From assembly GCF_036365525.1 (NCBI RefSeq), contig NC_090371.1, positions 164,225,307 to 164,289,306 on the forward strand: a stretch of DNA of 64,000 nt, given 5' to 3'. This DNA is from Heterodontus francisci. Its lineage: Eukaryota. The notes under the pieces were generated by a model. It was not told the DNA's origin. It was given only the letters and a program-made list of their open reading frames with translations, and did no database searches. A program made the position numbers and the translations under genes. This document shows, piece after piece, positions 24,639-36,975 of this stretch. Positions within the stretch are counted from its first letter, which is position 1. Each line of letters opens with the position of its first letter.

Positions 24639-26169
24639 GTGTATTGTCATTGTTATGTCTGTCATTTTTAATGTTTTTCTAGTCATTCTGTTTTTCTATA
24701 TTTGATTTTTCTGCCTGTTTTTTTTCCCTTCACTCTCGCTTGCTTTATCTCTTATTGATCTTGCATTGGTATTGATATTCACTTTATTCCATTTTTGATG
24801 GCCTGTAATGCACACTCTCAGTTGTACAATTAATGTTTCAATCTTTTATCTTTACCCATATAGATTCTCTTCATGTAGCTTCCTGGAACCTCCTTGCATT
24901 CTGGTGCTGTGATAAGATCCTTTATTAATATGGCTGCTCCTTTTTTTTCCCCTCCTTATCCCTCCATAGAATCATCGGCTGAATGGCTACCATTTGTGCT
25001 GAATTATTCTATTGTGCCTCTGATGGCTCTTTGGTCGAACAGTAAACTAGTCCAGTTTACCCTGCTTTATTCTTAAAACCATTTTGATATTGAACATCTC
25101 TCTGACCTCCTTACCTTTTTCTCTGCTCCAAGGAGAACAACCCCAGCTTCACCAGTCTCCCCACATTTGAAATCGTGTGCATGTGCGTCCCCGTTTCGCC
25201 TCGCCCCCCCCCCCCCCCCCCGGCTCTATGGCCACCTTGAATGACCAGTCGCATGCTTTTTGTGGCATTAAATAACGGTTTGTATTCATACATTCAACCC
25301 AACCATGCGTTGTGGGCCTGATGTACAAGGCTTTTTCACTCCTGAAGTACGGTTAGGTGGATTTGATACCTGGAGTTGTATATTGAAGTCGTTGCAGATT
25401 CTCTGAGGTGGATTTTCAGCAGTTAGCTGCTGGTAGTCTCATTAGTAGGCAGTTGGTTTTCTGTACTGCTGGACTTGGAAAAAGAACTGGTTCGGACATG
25501 TTACAGCCCCGAGTTCTTTTAAGGCATGATGGTACTCAAATTGTAAGAATAGCTTGCCAGATTTGTCCCCTCAATAACGCGTCATTCCTTAATCATTGGG
25601 CACATTTATAAAAATTGCTTCACCCATGGGGAACATGGCTTCCCTCCAGTCTGGAGAAAAAAAAACTTCACCGCTACTCGTTGGTTTCTGCCCCTTAACC
25701 AATTTCGTATCCAACTTTCCCTTGAATCCCATGGGCTTCAATTTTGCTAACAAATCTATTATGTGCTACTTTGTCAAATGCCCTTTGCCTATATACAGAT
25801 AGAGAACATCAACCACGTTATCCTCATTAATTCTCTCTCTCCAGAAAATGTTAGGTTTCGACACGATTGGGAACTTAAGCCATGTTTCAGTAATGGCTAG
25901 AATATCCTACTGTTCCATTGCTTTGAAACTTTTAAATTTAAAATAAAATGCCTTGCACATTCATTTGCATATCACTTGATGGTGACTCCCAATTTTTGAT
26001 GACTCTTGTATTCCTTTTCCTAGTTTTCTCATTTAAATTGTTGTCCTTAACCCTAGTCCAACAGTGTTTTTGTATGTCACTACCATAAAATCTCTTGTTC
26101 CTTTTCTCCTCGAGTACCACTTTCTTACTTTTTCAGCTTAGCTTTTTGCTTCTACAACAATAACTATTA

Positions 26170-27250
26170 ATAAAAGCAAAATACTGTGGATGCTGGAAGT
26201 CTGAAATAAAAACAGTGCTGGAAATACTCAGGTCTGGCAGACTCTGGAGAGCGAGGCAGAGTTAACATTTCAGGTTTGTGACCTTTCATCAGAGCTAGCA
26301 AAGGTTAGAAATGTAATGGGTTTTAAGCAAGTGAAGGTGAGGGGTGGGGGGAAGAGAACAAAAGGGAAGGTATATGGTAGGGCAGAAGATAGAGATTAAA
26401 TGACAAAGATGTCATGGGCAAAGGCAAAGGGAGTGCTAATGGTTGTGGTGAAAGTCAAAGCATGAGCGAGTGTTACTGACAGAATAATGAATAGCTCTGT
26501 CCAAAAGAACAAACATGAAAAACCAAGTTTAAGGCAGGGCCACGGTTTAAAAATAAAAAATAATAGGCAGTTCTGCTCTGAAATTGTTGAACTCAATGTT
26601 GAGTCTGGAAGGCTGTAGAATGCCTAATGGGAAGATGAGGTGCTGCTCCTCGAGCTTGCATTGATGTTCACAGGAACACTGCACCAGACCAGGACAGAAA
26701 TGTGGGCATGAGAGCAGGGTGGTGAATTGAAATGGCAAGCAACTAGGAACTGAGTCATGCTTGACGACTGAGCCGAGGTGTTCCGCAAAGCGGTTACCCA
26801 ATCTGCGTTTGGTCTCCCCAGCGTAGAGGAGACTGCCTTGTGAGCAGCGAATACAGTATACTGCATTGAAAGTACGAGTAAATTGCTGCTTCATCTGGAT
26901 GGAGTGTTTGGGGCTTTGAGTGGTGAGGAGCGAGGAGAGAGGAGGTAAAAGGGCAGGTATTATACCTCCTGTGATTGCATGGAAAGGGGATGAGGTGTCT
27001 GGTGATGGAGGAGTAGACCAGAGTGTCATGGAGGGAACAATCCCTTTGGAATGCTGACGGGAGGGGAAGGGAAGATGTGTTTGGTGGTGGTGTCACGCTG
27101 GAGGTGGCAGAAATGACAGACGATGATTCTTTGGATGTATAGGCTGGTGGGGTGGAAAGTGAGGACAAGGCGAGCCCTGTCTTGCTTCTGGGAGGGTGAG
27201 GGCAGAAGTGTGGGAAATGGGCTGGACATGGTTGAGGGCCCTGTCAATCA
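26170..27250 (-). mobile_element. Penelope-like element 3' part (RT C-terminus, GIY-YIG, pLTR with hammerhead motif at 26260-26296)
   Basis: LVLTFHP, VYCIRCSQGSLLYAGETKRRLGNRFAEHL; minus strand CTGATGA-AAGGTC-ACA-AACCT-GAAATGTTAACT. Confidence 0.88.
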
Positions 27251-28105
27251 CAATCAACTCTGAGGATTCTCCCTCAATTGTGAAGATCCTCTAGTCCAGC
27301 GTGTCTCTTCCAACACTTGGCGGAAATGTGCTGCTCCATAGATTGCACACCAGTCTCTTGCACTACCGAAGTTAACAATGCAGACGACGATAACTGAACT
27401 CTTTCTAGAACCAAACTTGTAAAAATCAAATTCTGATTGCTCACTTTATGTAAGTGTTAATTATTAAAAGCAAAAGTTTCTTATCAACCAATTATGGCCG
27501 TACATCTTCAGTCCAATTATCCCTTCAGTGTCAATGACCTGAATGGAGCAAAACTTCCTCCCTTAAATCTTACACTATTTTTCACCAAAAAGAAAATGCA
27601 GGCAGCTTTTTTTATTGGTGCGTGTAGGGGGTTAAGTGGGCAACAACAATGTAGTTCTGCCATCTGGTGGCTTTAGCACAGGGGAAAAAAAAAAGTGATC
27701 CCTTACCTGGCCTAATCTTCTGCTCAGAATGAGTCCTTTTTTCACTCATTCAAAGGAGCTATTTTAACACTGGGGGAGAAATCACAGCAATCAACCACTC
27801 TTCTGTTCAACTCTGGACATGAGATAATGCTAGAAATACTCAGAGGGTCAGGCAGCATCTGTGGTGAGAAAAACCGAGCTAACATTTTAGGTTGGTGGCC
27901 TTATGTCACAACTGGAAAATGTTACAGAAACAAAAGATGGATCTAGGGAGGTGTAAATGGGAATAGCATAAACTTCTAAGACTGACCTCATCTCCTCTGG
28001 AGATCTTCCCTCCACAGCTTCCAACCTCAGAGTCCCACAACCTCGCACAGCCTGCTTCTATCTCCTCGCTAAAATCTGCAAACAGGACTGCCCTGGTAGA
28101 CCCAT

Positions 28106-28375
28106 TGAACTGAATTTTAATAGCGCGCTGCGCTCTCTACTCGGTGGCCTTCCGACATGGAAGTGCCGCCGAGAAGCACCCCCCCCACAATATTACATGC
28201 AGGGGCTCATTTAAATAGAAGGGGTGGAGTGGCTGCCCCCAATGTAGAAGGGGCAGCTGTCACGTCCCTGGCAACGATGTCCAGTGCCACCGTGCAGGTG
28301 CTGCTGCCATTTTTAAAGGGCTTTAAGCTCTTAGATGAAATTACAATTTTTAAAGGTGTAGCATTATTAATAAAT
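28106..28375. mobile_element. Probable Harbinger-type MITE fragment
   Basis: Begins after ATT with GAACTGAATTTT, resembling the TIR of 34774-35472; CpG-rich; other end not found. Confidence 0.4.
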
Positions 28376-28384
28376 TGAAAACTG

Positions 28385-31350
28385 TTAGATGGATCGTTAG
28401 AGTGCAAAAGGAGGCCATTTGGCCCATCGTGCCCATACTGGCTCTCTGGAAAATTCCCTTAGTTCCATTCCCCTGCCTTCTCTTCAACCCTGCACATTTT
28501 TCCTTTTCATATAACTGTTTAATTCCCTTTTTGAATGCTTCAATTGAACCTGCCTCCTCCATGTTTTCAGGCAGTGCACTCCAGACCTTAACCACTCGCT
28601 GCGTGAAAAAGTTTTTCCTCGTGTCACTTTTGCTTTTCTTGCCAAATACTTTAAATCTGTGCCCTTTCGTTCTCGGTCCTTTTATGAATGGGAACAGTTT
28701 CTTTCTATCTACTCTGTCCAGATCCCCTCATGATTTTTGAATCCCTCCATCAAATCACCTCTCAGCCTTCTCTCCTCCAAGGAAAACAGTCCTAACTTCT
28801 CCAATCTATCTTCATAACTGAAATTCCTCATCCCTGGAACCATTCTCGTGAATCTTTTCTGTACACTCTCCAATACCCTCACGTCTTTCGTAAAGTGCGG
28901 TGCCCAGAACTGGACGTAATACTCCAACTGAGACCGAACAAATGTCTTATACAAGTTCAACATAACTTCCTTGCTCTTGTACTCTATGCCCCTATTAATA
29001 AAGCCCAGGATACTGTGCTTTATTGACTGCCCTCTCAACCTGTCCTGCCACCTTCAATGACTTATACACCCAGGTCCCTCTGCTCCTGCAGCCATTTTAG
29101 AATTGTACCCTTTATTCTATATTGTTTCTCCATGTTCTTCCTACCAAAATGAATCACTTCACATTTCTCTATTTTGAACGTCATCTGCAGCCTGTCTGCC
29201 CATTCCACCAACTTGTCTATGTCCTTTTTGAAGTTCTACAGTATCCTCCTCACAGTTCAGTGCTTCCAAGTTATGTATCATCTGCAAACTTTGAAATTGT
29301 GCCCTGTACACCTAGGTCATTAATATGTATCAGGAAAAGCAATACTGATCCCTGGGGGACTCCACAAACCTTCCTCCAGCCCGATAAACATGCTCTTTGC
29401 TTCTCTAATTTGCTTTTTCACTTCCCATCTGGACCTTCTATATTCAGCCTGGCTCTCAATAGTATTTTCTACCTGGCATCTGTCATAAGCACACTTTTTT
29501 TTTTCTTTCTTCCTTATCTTAATCTCAACCTCTTTTGTCATCCAGAGAGCTCTGGATTTGTTTCCCATACTTTTCCCCTTCGAGGGAACATTCCTTGACT
29601 GTGCCTGAACTATCTCTTCTTTGAAGGTAGCTCATCTACTGATTTTCCTGCCAGCCTTTGACTCCAATGTATTTGCCCCAGCTCCATTCTTATCCCATTG
29701 AACTTGGCTTTCCTCCAGTTAATTATTCTTACCCTGGATTGCTCTTTGTCCTTTTCCATAGTCAGCCTAAACCTTATGATACAATGATCACCATTCCCTA
29801 AATTTTCTCTTACTGATGCTTAATCCCCTTGGCCCACCTCCTTTCCCAGAACCAGGTCTAGCAGTGCCTCCTTTCTCATTGAACTAGCAACATACAATTG
29901 TAGAAAATTTTCCTGAACATGCTGAAGGAGCTCTTGCCCCTCACTGCCCTTTACACTACTATTATCCAGGCTATCTTTGGATAATTAAAGTCCCCCATTA
30001 TAACTACCCTATAACTTTTGCACCTCTCTGTAATTTCCTTGCAAATTTGTTCCTCCATGTCCTTCCCACTAACTGGTTGCCTATAGACAACACCGAGCAA
30101 TGTAACCGCACCTTTTTTGTTCCTTGGCTCCAGCCAAATTAATTCTGTCCTCGACCCCTCTGGGACATCCTTTTTTTTTTTTCTCCAGCACTGTAATGCT
30201 CTTTTTAATTAATACCCTCACCCCTACCCCTTTTTCCCTTTCCTCTCTTTCCTGAACACCTTGTATCCAGGAATATTTAACACCCAGTCCTGTCCTTCTT
30301 TGAGCCAGGTCTCTGTTATAGCCACACATCATATTTCCACATGGCATTCTGCGCCTGTATCTCATCAGTCTTATTGACCACATTCTGTGCATTCACATAC
30401 ATGCACATTAACCCTGATTCAGACTTTATTACTTTCTCCCTTACTCTGACCCCACCTCATAACTTACTATTCCCTACTCTTGTGCTATCTATCTCCCCAG
30501 TATTCTGTGCCCTTTGGTATTCCTCTCTACTTGCTCCTGGTACTCACACCCCTGACGAGTTACCAGTTTTGCTTCCCTCCAATCTGAGGTCCCTCAGGTT
30601 CCCATCCCCCTGACCATTTAGTTTAAACCCTCCCCAACAGCACTTGCAAATCCCCCTACAAGGATGTTGGTCTCAGTCCTGCTAAGATACAACCTGTTCA
30701 TCTTGTAGAGGTCCCACCTGCCCTAGAACTGGTCCCAATGTCTCAGAAACCTGATGCCCTCCCTCCTATACCAGTTCTCCAACCACATGTTCAATCACTC
30801 AATTCTCCTATTCCTACGCTCACTTGCACGTGGAATGGGAGTAATCCTGAGATTGCTGCTTTTGATGGCCTGCTGTTTAATCTCCTTCTAAGATCTCTCA
30901 AATCTGCTTTTCAGGATCTTATCCCCCTTCTTACCTATGTCATTGATACCAATGTGGACCACGACCTCTGGCTGTTCACCCTCCCACAGAAGAATGTACT
31001 GCAGCTGCTCTGTGACATTCTTGACTCTGGCACCAGGGAGGCAACACAACATCCTGGAGTCACTTTTACTGCTGCAGAAACGCCTGTCAGTTCCCCTAAC
31101 TAATGAATCCCCTATCACTACTGCTCTTCTACTCTTCTTCCTTCCCTCCCCTCCCCCCCCCCCCCGCAGCTGAGCCACCTGAGGCACCACAAACCTGGCA
31201 GTGACGGCACTCCTCTGAGGAACCCTCGCCTTCACATGTATCCAAAATGAAAATCTGATTAGCGAGTGAGATCGTGCCAGGGGACTGTTGCACTACCTGC
31301 CTGGTTCTCTCAGACTGCCTGGCGGTCACCCATTCCCTTTCTGCCTGCAT
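28385..31350 (-). mobile_element. CR1 LINE with ORF1 esterase domain and ORF2 carrying a large internal deletion near 29390
   Basis: VVIGDSLVRGTDRRFC...CLPGARV...VVVHIGINDIG (SGNH/GDSL esterase of CR1 ORF1); RT sequence jumps to post-endonuclease sequence at ~29390. Confidence 0.88.
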
Positions 31351-33254
31351 GCTTCCTTGAAAAGAGGCTCAACCTGTCCCCATCCACCATCACCCTCCTC
31401 TGCCTGGCAGAACTTGTTCTCACATTGAACAACTTCTCCTTCAACTCCACTCACATCCTTCAAATAAAAGGTGTTGCTATGGTACCTGCATGGATCCTAG
31501 CTATGCCTATCTTTTTGTGCGATATGTCTAACATTCCTTGTTCGAGTCCTACTCGGGCCCCCTCCCCCAACTCTTTTCCTGGTACATTGATGACTGTATC
31601 GCTGCCTCTTCCTGCTCTCCCCCTGAACTGGAACACCTCATCAACTTCGCTTCCAATTTCCACCCTTGTCTCTCCTTCACACGTTCCATGCCCGAAGCTT
31701 CCCTTTCTTTCCTCTACTTCTCTGTCTCCATCTCTAGGATAGGCTGACCACTAGTATTATAAGCCCAACGACTCCCATGACTACCTTGATTACCCTTCCT
31801 CACACCCAGTCTTCTGTAAGAATTGCATTCCATTATCCCAATTTCTCCATCTCTGACGCATCTGTTCCGATGATGCAACCTTCCACAACAGCAACTCTGA
31901 TATGTTTTCCTTTTTCCTCAACCGAGGATTCCCCACACTGTGATTGATGGGGCCCTTGATTTGTGTCTGACCTATTTCCTGCACTTCTGCCCTCGCTGCA
32001 TCCCCTCCCTCCCCAGAACTGCAACAGGTTTCCCCTTGTTCTCACTTTCCACCCCTCCAGCCTCCACATCCAAAGGATCATTCTCCGCCATTTTCTGCCA
32101 TCTCCAGCGTGATGCCATCACCAAACACTTTTTTTTTTCTCTTTTTTCGCCCCCACCTCCCCTGTCAGCATTCCGAAGGGATCGTTCCCTCTGTGACACC
32201 CTGGTCCACTCCTCCGTCACCCCGACACCTCTTCCCTTTCCCACAGCACCTTCCCATACATTCAGAGGCTATGTAATACCTTCCTTTTACCTCCCCTCTC
32301 CTCACTACCCAAGGCCCCAAACACTCCTTCCAGATAAAGCAGTGACTTACTTGTACTAATTTCAATTTAGTATACTGTATTCCGCGCTTACAGTGCGGTC
32401 CCCTCTATATTGGAAAGACCAAATGCAGATTGGGTGACCGCTTTGCGGAACACCTCCGCTTGGTCCGCAAGCATGATTCTGAGCTTCCGGTTTCTTGCTA
32501 TATTAATTGTCCACCTTTGTTCCCATGTGCACGTTTCTATCTTTGGTCTGCTGCAGTGTTCCAGTGAACATCAATGCAAGCTCCAGGAGCAGCACCTCAT
32601 TTTCCGATTAGGCACTCTACAGCTTTCTGGACTCCATATTGAGTTCAATAATTTCAGACTATGAGCCCCATGATTTTTTGTTTGGTTCTTTTTATTTTTT
32701 TAACCATGTGCTAGTCTTAAACTTTTATTTTTCATGTTTTTGCTTTCATACAGACCTGTTCGTCGTTTTGCCGTTAGCACTCTCTCTGGACTTGTACTTT
32801 ATCTTTCGCTACAACTATTTAGCATTCCATTTGCAGTGTATTCCATGACATCTGTCATTTAACCTCTTTCCCCCTTCAGTTCTATCACTGTCCTTCCGCC
32901 TTGTTCTTCTCATCCCGCCCCACCCCCCCGCCTTGCTCAAAGACTAATACATTTCTAACTTTTGCCAGTTCTGATGGCGGGTCATAGACCTGAAATGTTA
33001 CTCTGTTTCTGTCTCCACAGATGCTGCCGGACCTGCTGAGTATTTGCAGCACTTTCTGCTCTCATGTCAGAGTTCCAGCATCCGCAGTATTTTGCTCTTA
33101 GCATAAACTTCTCCCTTCACCATCCCCCGCCCCCCCCCCCCCCCCCCCCCCCCCAGACGTCAGGTCCTATTGTCTCCTGTAGATGCATCTTTTGTATCTT
33201 TGCTTGTCCCATTCCCACTCCCTTTTACCTTGCACCACATCCCTTTTGTTATTT

Positions 33255-34630
33255 AAAAGAAGTAGCTGCAGAGATGGTGGATACATTGGCTGTAATCTTC
33301 CAAGATTTCCTAGATTTTGGAAAGGTCCCAGTGGGTTTAGAAAGTAGTTGCATCAGGATTTTCTAAATAAACTGCTATCAGGCAGAGTCAACAGGGTTTT
33401 ATGAAAAGGAAATTGTGTTTGACAAATTTATTAAAGTTCTTTGAGGATGTAACCAGCAGGATGGGTAAAGGGGAGCGAGTAGATATATTGCATTTGGATT
33501 TCTAAAAGGCATTTGATAAGGTCCCACATAAAAGGTTACTAAACCAGATAAGAGCTCATGGTGTTGGCATGGAGAGAGGATGGGCTAACTAACAGGAAAT
33601 GGAGTCGGGATAAATGGGATATTTTCAGGTTGGTAGACTGTAACTAGTGGAGTACCATGGGGATCAGTGCTGGGGGCTCAACTATTAACTATATATTAAT
33701 GACTTGGATGAAGGCACTGAGTGTACTGTAGGCAAATTTGCAGGTGATAGAGATAGTTAGGAAAGCAAGTTCTGAGGAGGACACTCTGCAAAGGGATATA
33801 GATGGGTTAAGTGAATGGGAAAAATTTTGGCAGATAAGAGTATTATGTGGGAAAATGCAAGGCTGTCCATTTTGGCAGGAAGAATAGAAAAGCAGAATAT
33901 TATTTACATGGTGAGAGACTGCAGAAGGCTGAGATACAGAGGGATCTGGGTGTCCTTGCACATGGATCACAAAAACGTAACATGCAGGTAACAGCAAGTA
34001 ATTAGGAAGGCAAATGAAATGTTGGCATTTATTGTGAGGGGGATGGAGTATAAAAGTAGGGAAGTCTTGCTACAAATATACAAGACGTTGGTGAGACTGC
34101 ACCTAGACTACTGCCTACAGTTTTGGTCTCCCTAGGAGGGATATACTTGCATTGGAAACAGTTCAGAGAAGGTTCGCTAGGTTGATTCCTGGGATGAAGG
34201 GCTTGTCTTATGAGAAAGCAGGTTGATTAATTTGGGCCTCTATTCTATGGAGTTTAGAAGAATGAGACGTGATTTTCTTGAAACAACATATGAGATTGTG
34301 AGGGGGCTTGATAGGGTAGATGATAGAGGATCTTTCCCCTCATCGGGGAATCTAGAACTAGGGGGCATAGTTTCAAAATTTTCAGACTAAGATGAGGAGG
34401 AATTTAATCTCTGAGGGTTGTTAACCTTTGGAATTCTCTTCCCCAGAGAGCAGTGGCGGCTGAGTCATTGAATATAATCAAGGCTGTGTTGGACAGATTT
34501 TTGACCTACAAGGGAGTAGAGTGTTATGGGTGGCAGGCAGGAAAGTGGAGTTAAGGCCACGATCAGATCAGCCATGATCTTAAATGGTGGAGCAGGCTCA
34601 AGTGACCGAATGGCCTCCTTTCTTGTGTTC
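33255..34630 (+). mobile_element. CR1 LINE 3' part
   Basis: LKEVAAEMVDTLAVIFQ, RT motifs, 3' UTR GATCAGATCAGCCATGATC. Confidence 0.88.
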
Positions 34631-34773
34631 TTATTAATCACTTCTGCTTTCAACCCATCTTAGACCTTGCTTTTTGTTCTTTCACCCTTTTTCCTTGCAG
34701 CTGTTCTTGCTTAAAACCTGTTACATCAAACCTGGAAAATGTTACAGATGAAAGGTCACAGAGCTGAAAGATT

Positions 34774-35472
34774 GGGCTGAAGTTTCTGGGATGAATTCCA
34801 GGTCGGGAACCCAGAAGTGACTGTGGCAGGATGATGGCCGAGATCTTCCCGGAGATGGCCAATTAAGAAGCCGCCTCCAGGCGCCCCATCCAGTTGGGGA
34901 CGCAGCCTGGTTCCAGTGTTGGGAGGTCCAATCAGCGCAGCCCATGGGTAGAACCGCTGGCCGCCTTTGCAGTGTGGGTGATGCTCGACCGTCAGCAGAA
35001 GCGGCAGCGGTGCCATGGAGGCACCTTCTGTGGGAGGGAAGTGACTGCCATTGAAGCAGGGCAAGCATTAGTGGAGACGATCAGTCTCCATGAAATGGCT
35101 GCAAGGGCGTGCTTGCTTCTTGGGGATAGATTCCCTTTGTGAATTAATGCCAGCAAATAAATCTAAATCCTCAAATGAGTCTCAGGTCGGACCTACCCTA
35201 CGAAGCCACCTCTGATCAGTTGTTGGGCTCCTGACACAGCCAAGGGCCTGTGTGGCGTCAGGAAAATCTTGTGGCTTGGAAAATTGCAGATAAGTGGCTC
35301 ATAACCATCCTTAATTGGTTTCAAGCTCCTGCCATGTGGGTTGCCGTTGGATCCGCTCTGGGAAAAGGACTCGAGGCAGGAATGCATCGGGGAGCCAACC
35401 CGATGCAAATCTTTCCAAATTTCGCGCACTCCTGCCTCAAGCCGCCGCGATGGAGCTGGGGAAATTCAACCC
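34774..35472. mobile_element. PIF/Harbinger-type MITE (699 bp) inserted in a PLE terminus (34650-35550)
   Basis: TIR GGGCTGAAGTTTC / GAAATTCAACCC; 3-bp TSD ATT (34771-34773, 35473-35475); flanks rejoin into the PLE hammerhead motif. Confidence 0.75.
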
Positions 35473-35619
35473 ATTAACTCTTGTTCGTTCTTCACAGATG
35501 CTGCTTGACCTGAATATTTCCAGCATTTTCTCTTTACATTTCAGATTTTCTGCCTGTGGATGCAAGGTGATGGGTTTCGTAGGTCCTCATTTTAGTTTCA
35601 CTGAGTTAAACTAAAAACA

Positions 35620-35962
35620 GCCACAGATAGATCTTGGCGCATGAAACTCACCTTCAGCATTCCATTTTGTGTGTTCTGAAATGATTCTGGTGGAAAAACA
35701 GACTTTGTTGATCAGCTGGTGTCCTGGGAAGCCACAACGTCATCAATGATGGCCTTGATTTCCCAGGAGCCATCGGGAGACATGCTTTTCGGGAGCCAGA
35801 AGTGGAGGACTGCCTTAAAATGAAGCATTGTTGTTCTCCTGGAAAATGAGCATTAACTTGCATCATGACATGCTTCTGGTCATAAATGAGACTGTGGCAT
35901 TCTTTCTTGATCATGTGTGCTCCCTTGATCAGTGCATTCAAGACCCTATTGGTGGAATCCAT
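35620..35962 (-). pseudogene. Decayed Harbinger (HARBI1-like) DDE transposase fragment
   Basis: RVLNALIKGAHM..KKECHSL..YDQKHVMMQVNAHFPG...FILRQSS and WLLGNQG in another frame resemble Harbinger motifs as I recall them (GAIDGTH / RKGFHS / ARFPGSxHDAFIL / WLLGDxGY). Confidence 0.6.
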
Positions 35963-36804
35963 AATTTTGTGGTCGCTGTCTAAAACTGCAGTACCCTAAC
36001 AATGGCGCTGTCAGTTTTCCATTGGGGAAATCAGTGAACTGGCTTGCTTTTGCAAACAGTGCCTCTGTTAAGGTGGCCAGTCGCCCAGTTTTATACCAGA
36101 CAGTCTGGCTTTCAGATAGCCTGTCCCCTGTCCAGTACCCGATCTGAATCAGATGCCTTATTCATTTTAAAAAAATATTTTGAAGTGCCCAGTCTCGAGG
36201 GAAGCCTTTATGATCGAAATTATTGGTCCTGCGAAAGACTGGCCCAGGGCTACTGTACCGGCCCCACATGCATCCTATTGGGCCTATCCACGTGTTCAAC
36301 GTTATGATGTCCTCATGCTATGTTGCTTTCGTGTGATTAATGTAGATGTAGAGCCATAATGATGCACACTGTTCTTGAGTAGCTGCCATGAGGAGAGACA
36401 CAACAACCTGGTAATAACTCTCTAAATCTGTGCCTTGCTTTTGCTCCTATTCTCAACCTGGATATTGCTGCTCAGAAAATGGATCGCGTTACGAGGCAGT
36501 CTCAACACTTGTGTACACAGTTCCTGAATAAAAGCATCACTTTTATTAAAAAAAAAAAATCTGCTTTAGCTCTTCCAAGGTTCAATATAAGCTGGAAATG
36601 TACAAGCTCATCAAGTTTAGTTCACTCTAAGACACTGGATTCAATATGTAAGGTATTCCTGCTTGTTTGAACAAAAGGTCCAAACCAATAAAAATGAAGT
36701 GCGCCAATGCGTGTGTTTGGGGGTTGGCAGGGATGTCCGGTATACTTGACGTCTTGTCGTTGGTCATCCTAGCTTCTGTGTACAAAGCTGACTTACTAAT
36801 GTCA

Positions 36805-36975
36805 GTAAAAACAGAAAATGCTGGAAATACTCAGCAAGTCAGTCATTCTGATGAAAGGTTATTGATCTGAAACATTAACTCTTTCTGTATCCACAGATGC
36901 TGCCTGACCTACTGAGTATTTCCAGCATTTTCTGTTATTTCAGATTTGCAGCATCTGCAGTATTTTTTTTTTTGC
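36805..36975. mobile_element. PLE terminal repeat, inverted pair, with hammerhead motif at 36845-36880
   Basis: AAAACAGAAAATGCTGGAAATACTCAG is reverse-complementary to CTGAGTATTTCCAGCATTTTCTG; CTGATGA-AAGGTT-ATT-GATCT-GAAACATTAACT. Confidence 0.75.

Larger units (their letters stand above)
27825..33100 (+). mobile_element. Penelope-like element (RT + GIY-YIG) with inverted pLTR at its 5' end, split by nested insertions at ~28106-31350
   Basis: 27980-28105 encodes TACFYLLAKICKQDCPGRPI; 31352 onward encodes LTLNNFSFN..QIKGVAM, WYIDDC and the GIY-YIG; pLTR with hammerhead motif at 32967-33002. Confidence 0.75.

Noticed and set aside
5395-33155. Poly-C/G tracts (about 5395, 25204, 31153, 33125) and the resulting poly-Pro/Gly ORFs
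   Set aside because: Homopolymer expansions inside decayed repeats, with uncertain lengths; no evidence of function.
2336-34630. Ancient ~16-24 kb tandem segmental duplication suggested by paired PLE, LTR and CR1 copies
   Set aside because: Offsets are inconsistent, the unique sequence between repeats does not match, and there is no second copy of RAB28 exons 1-2.
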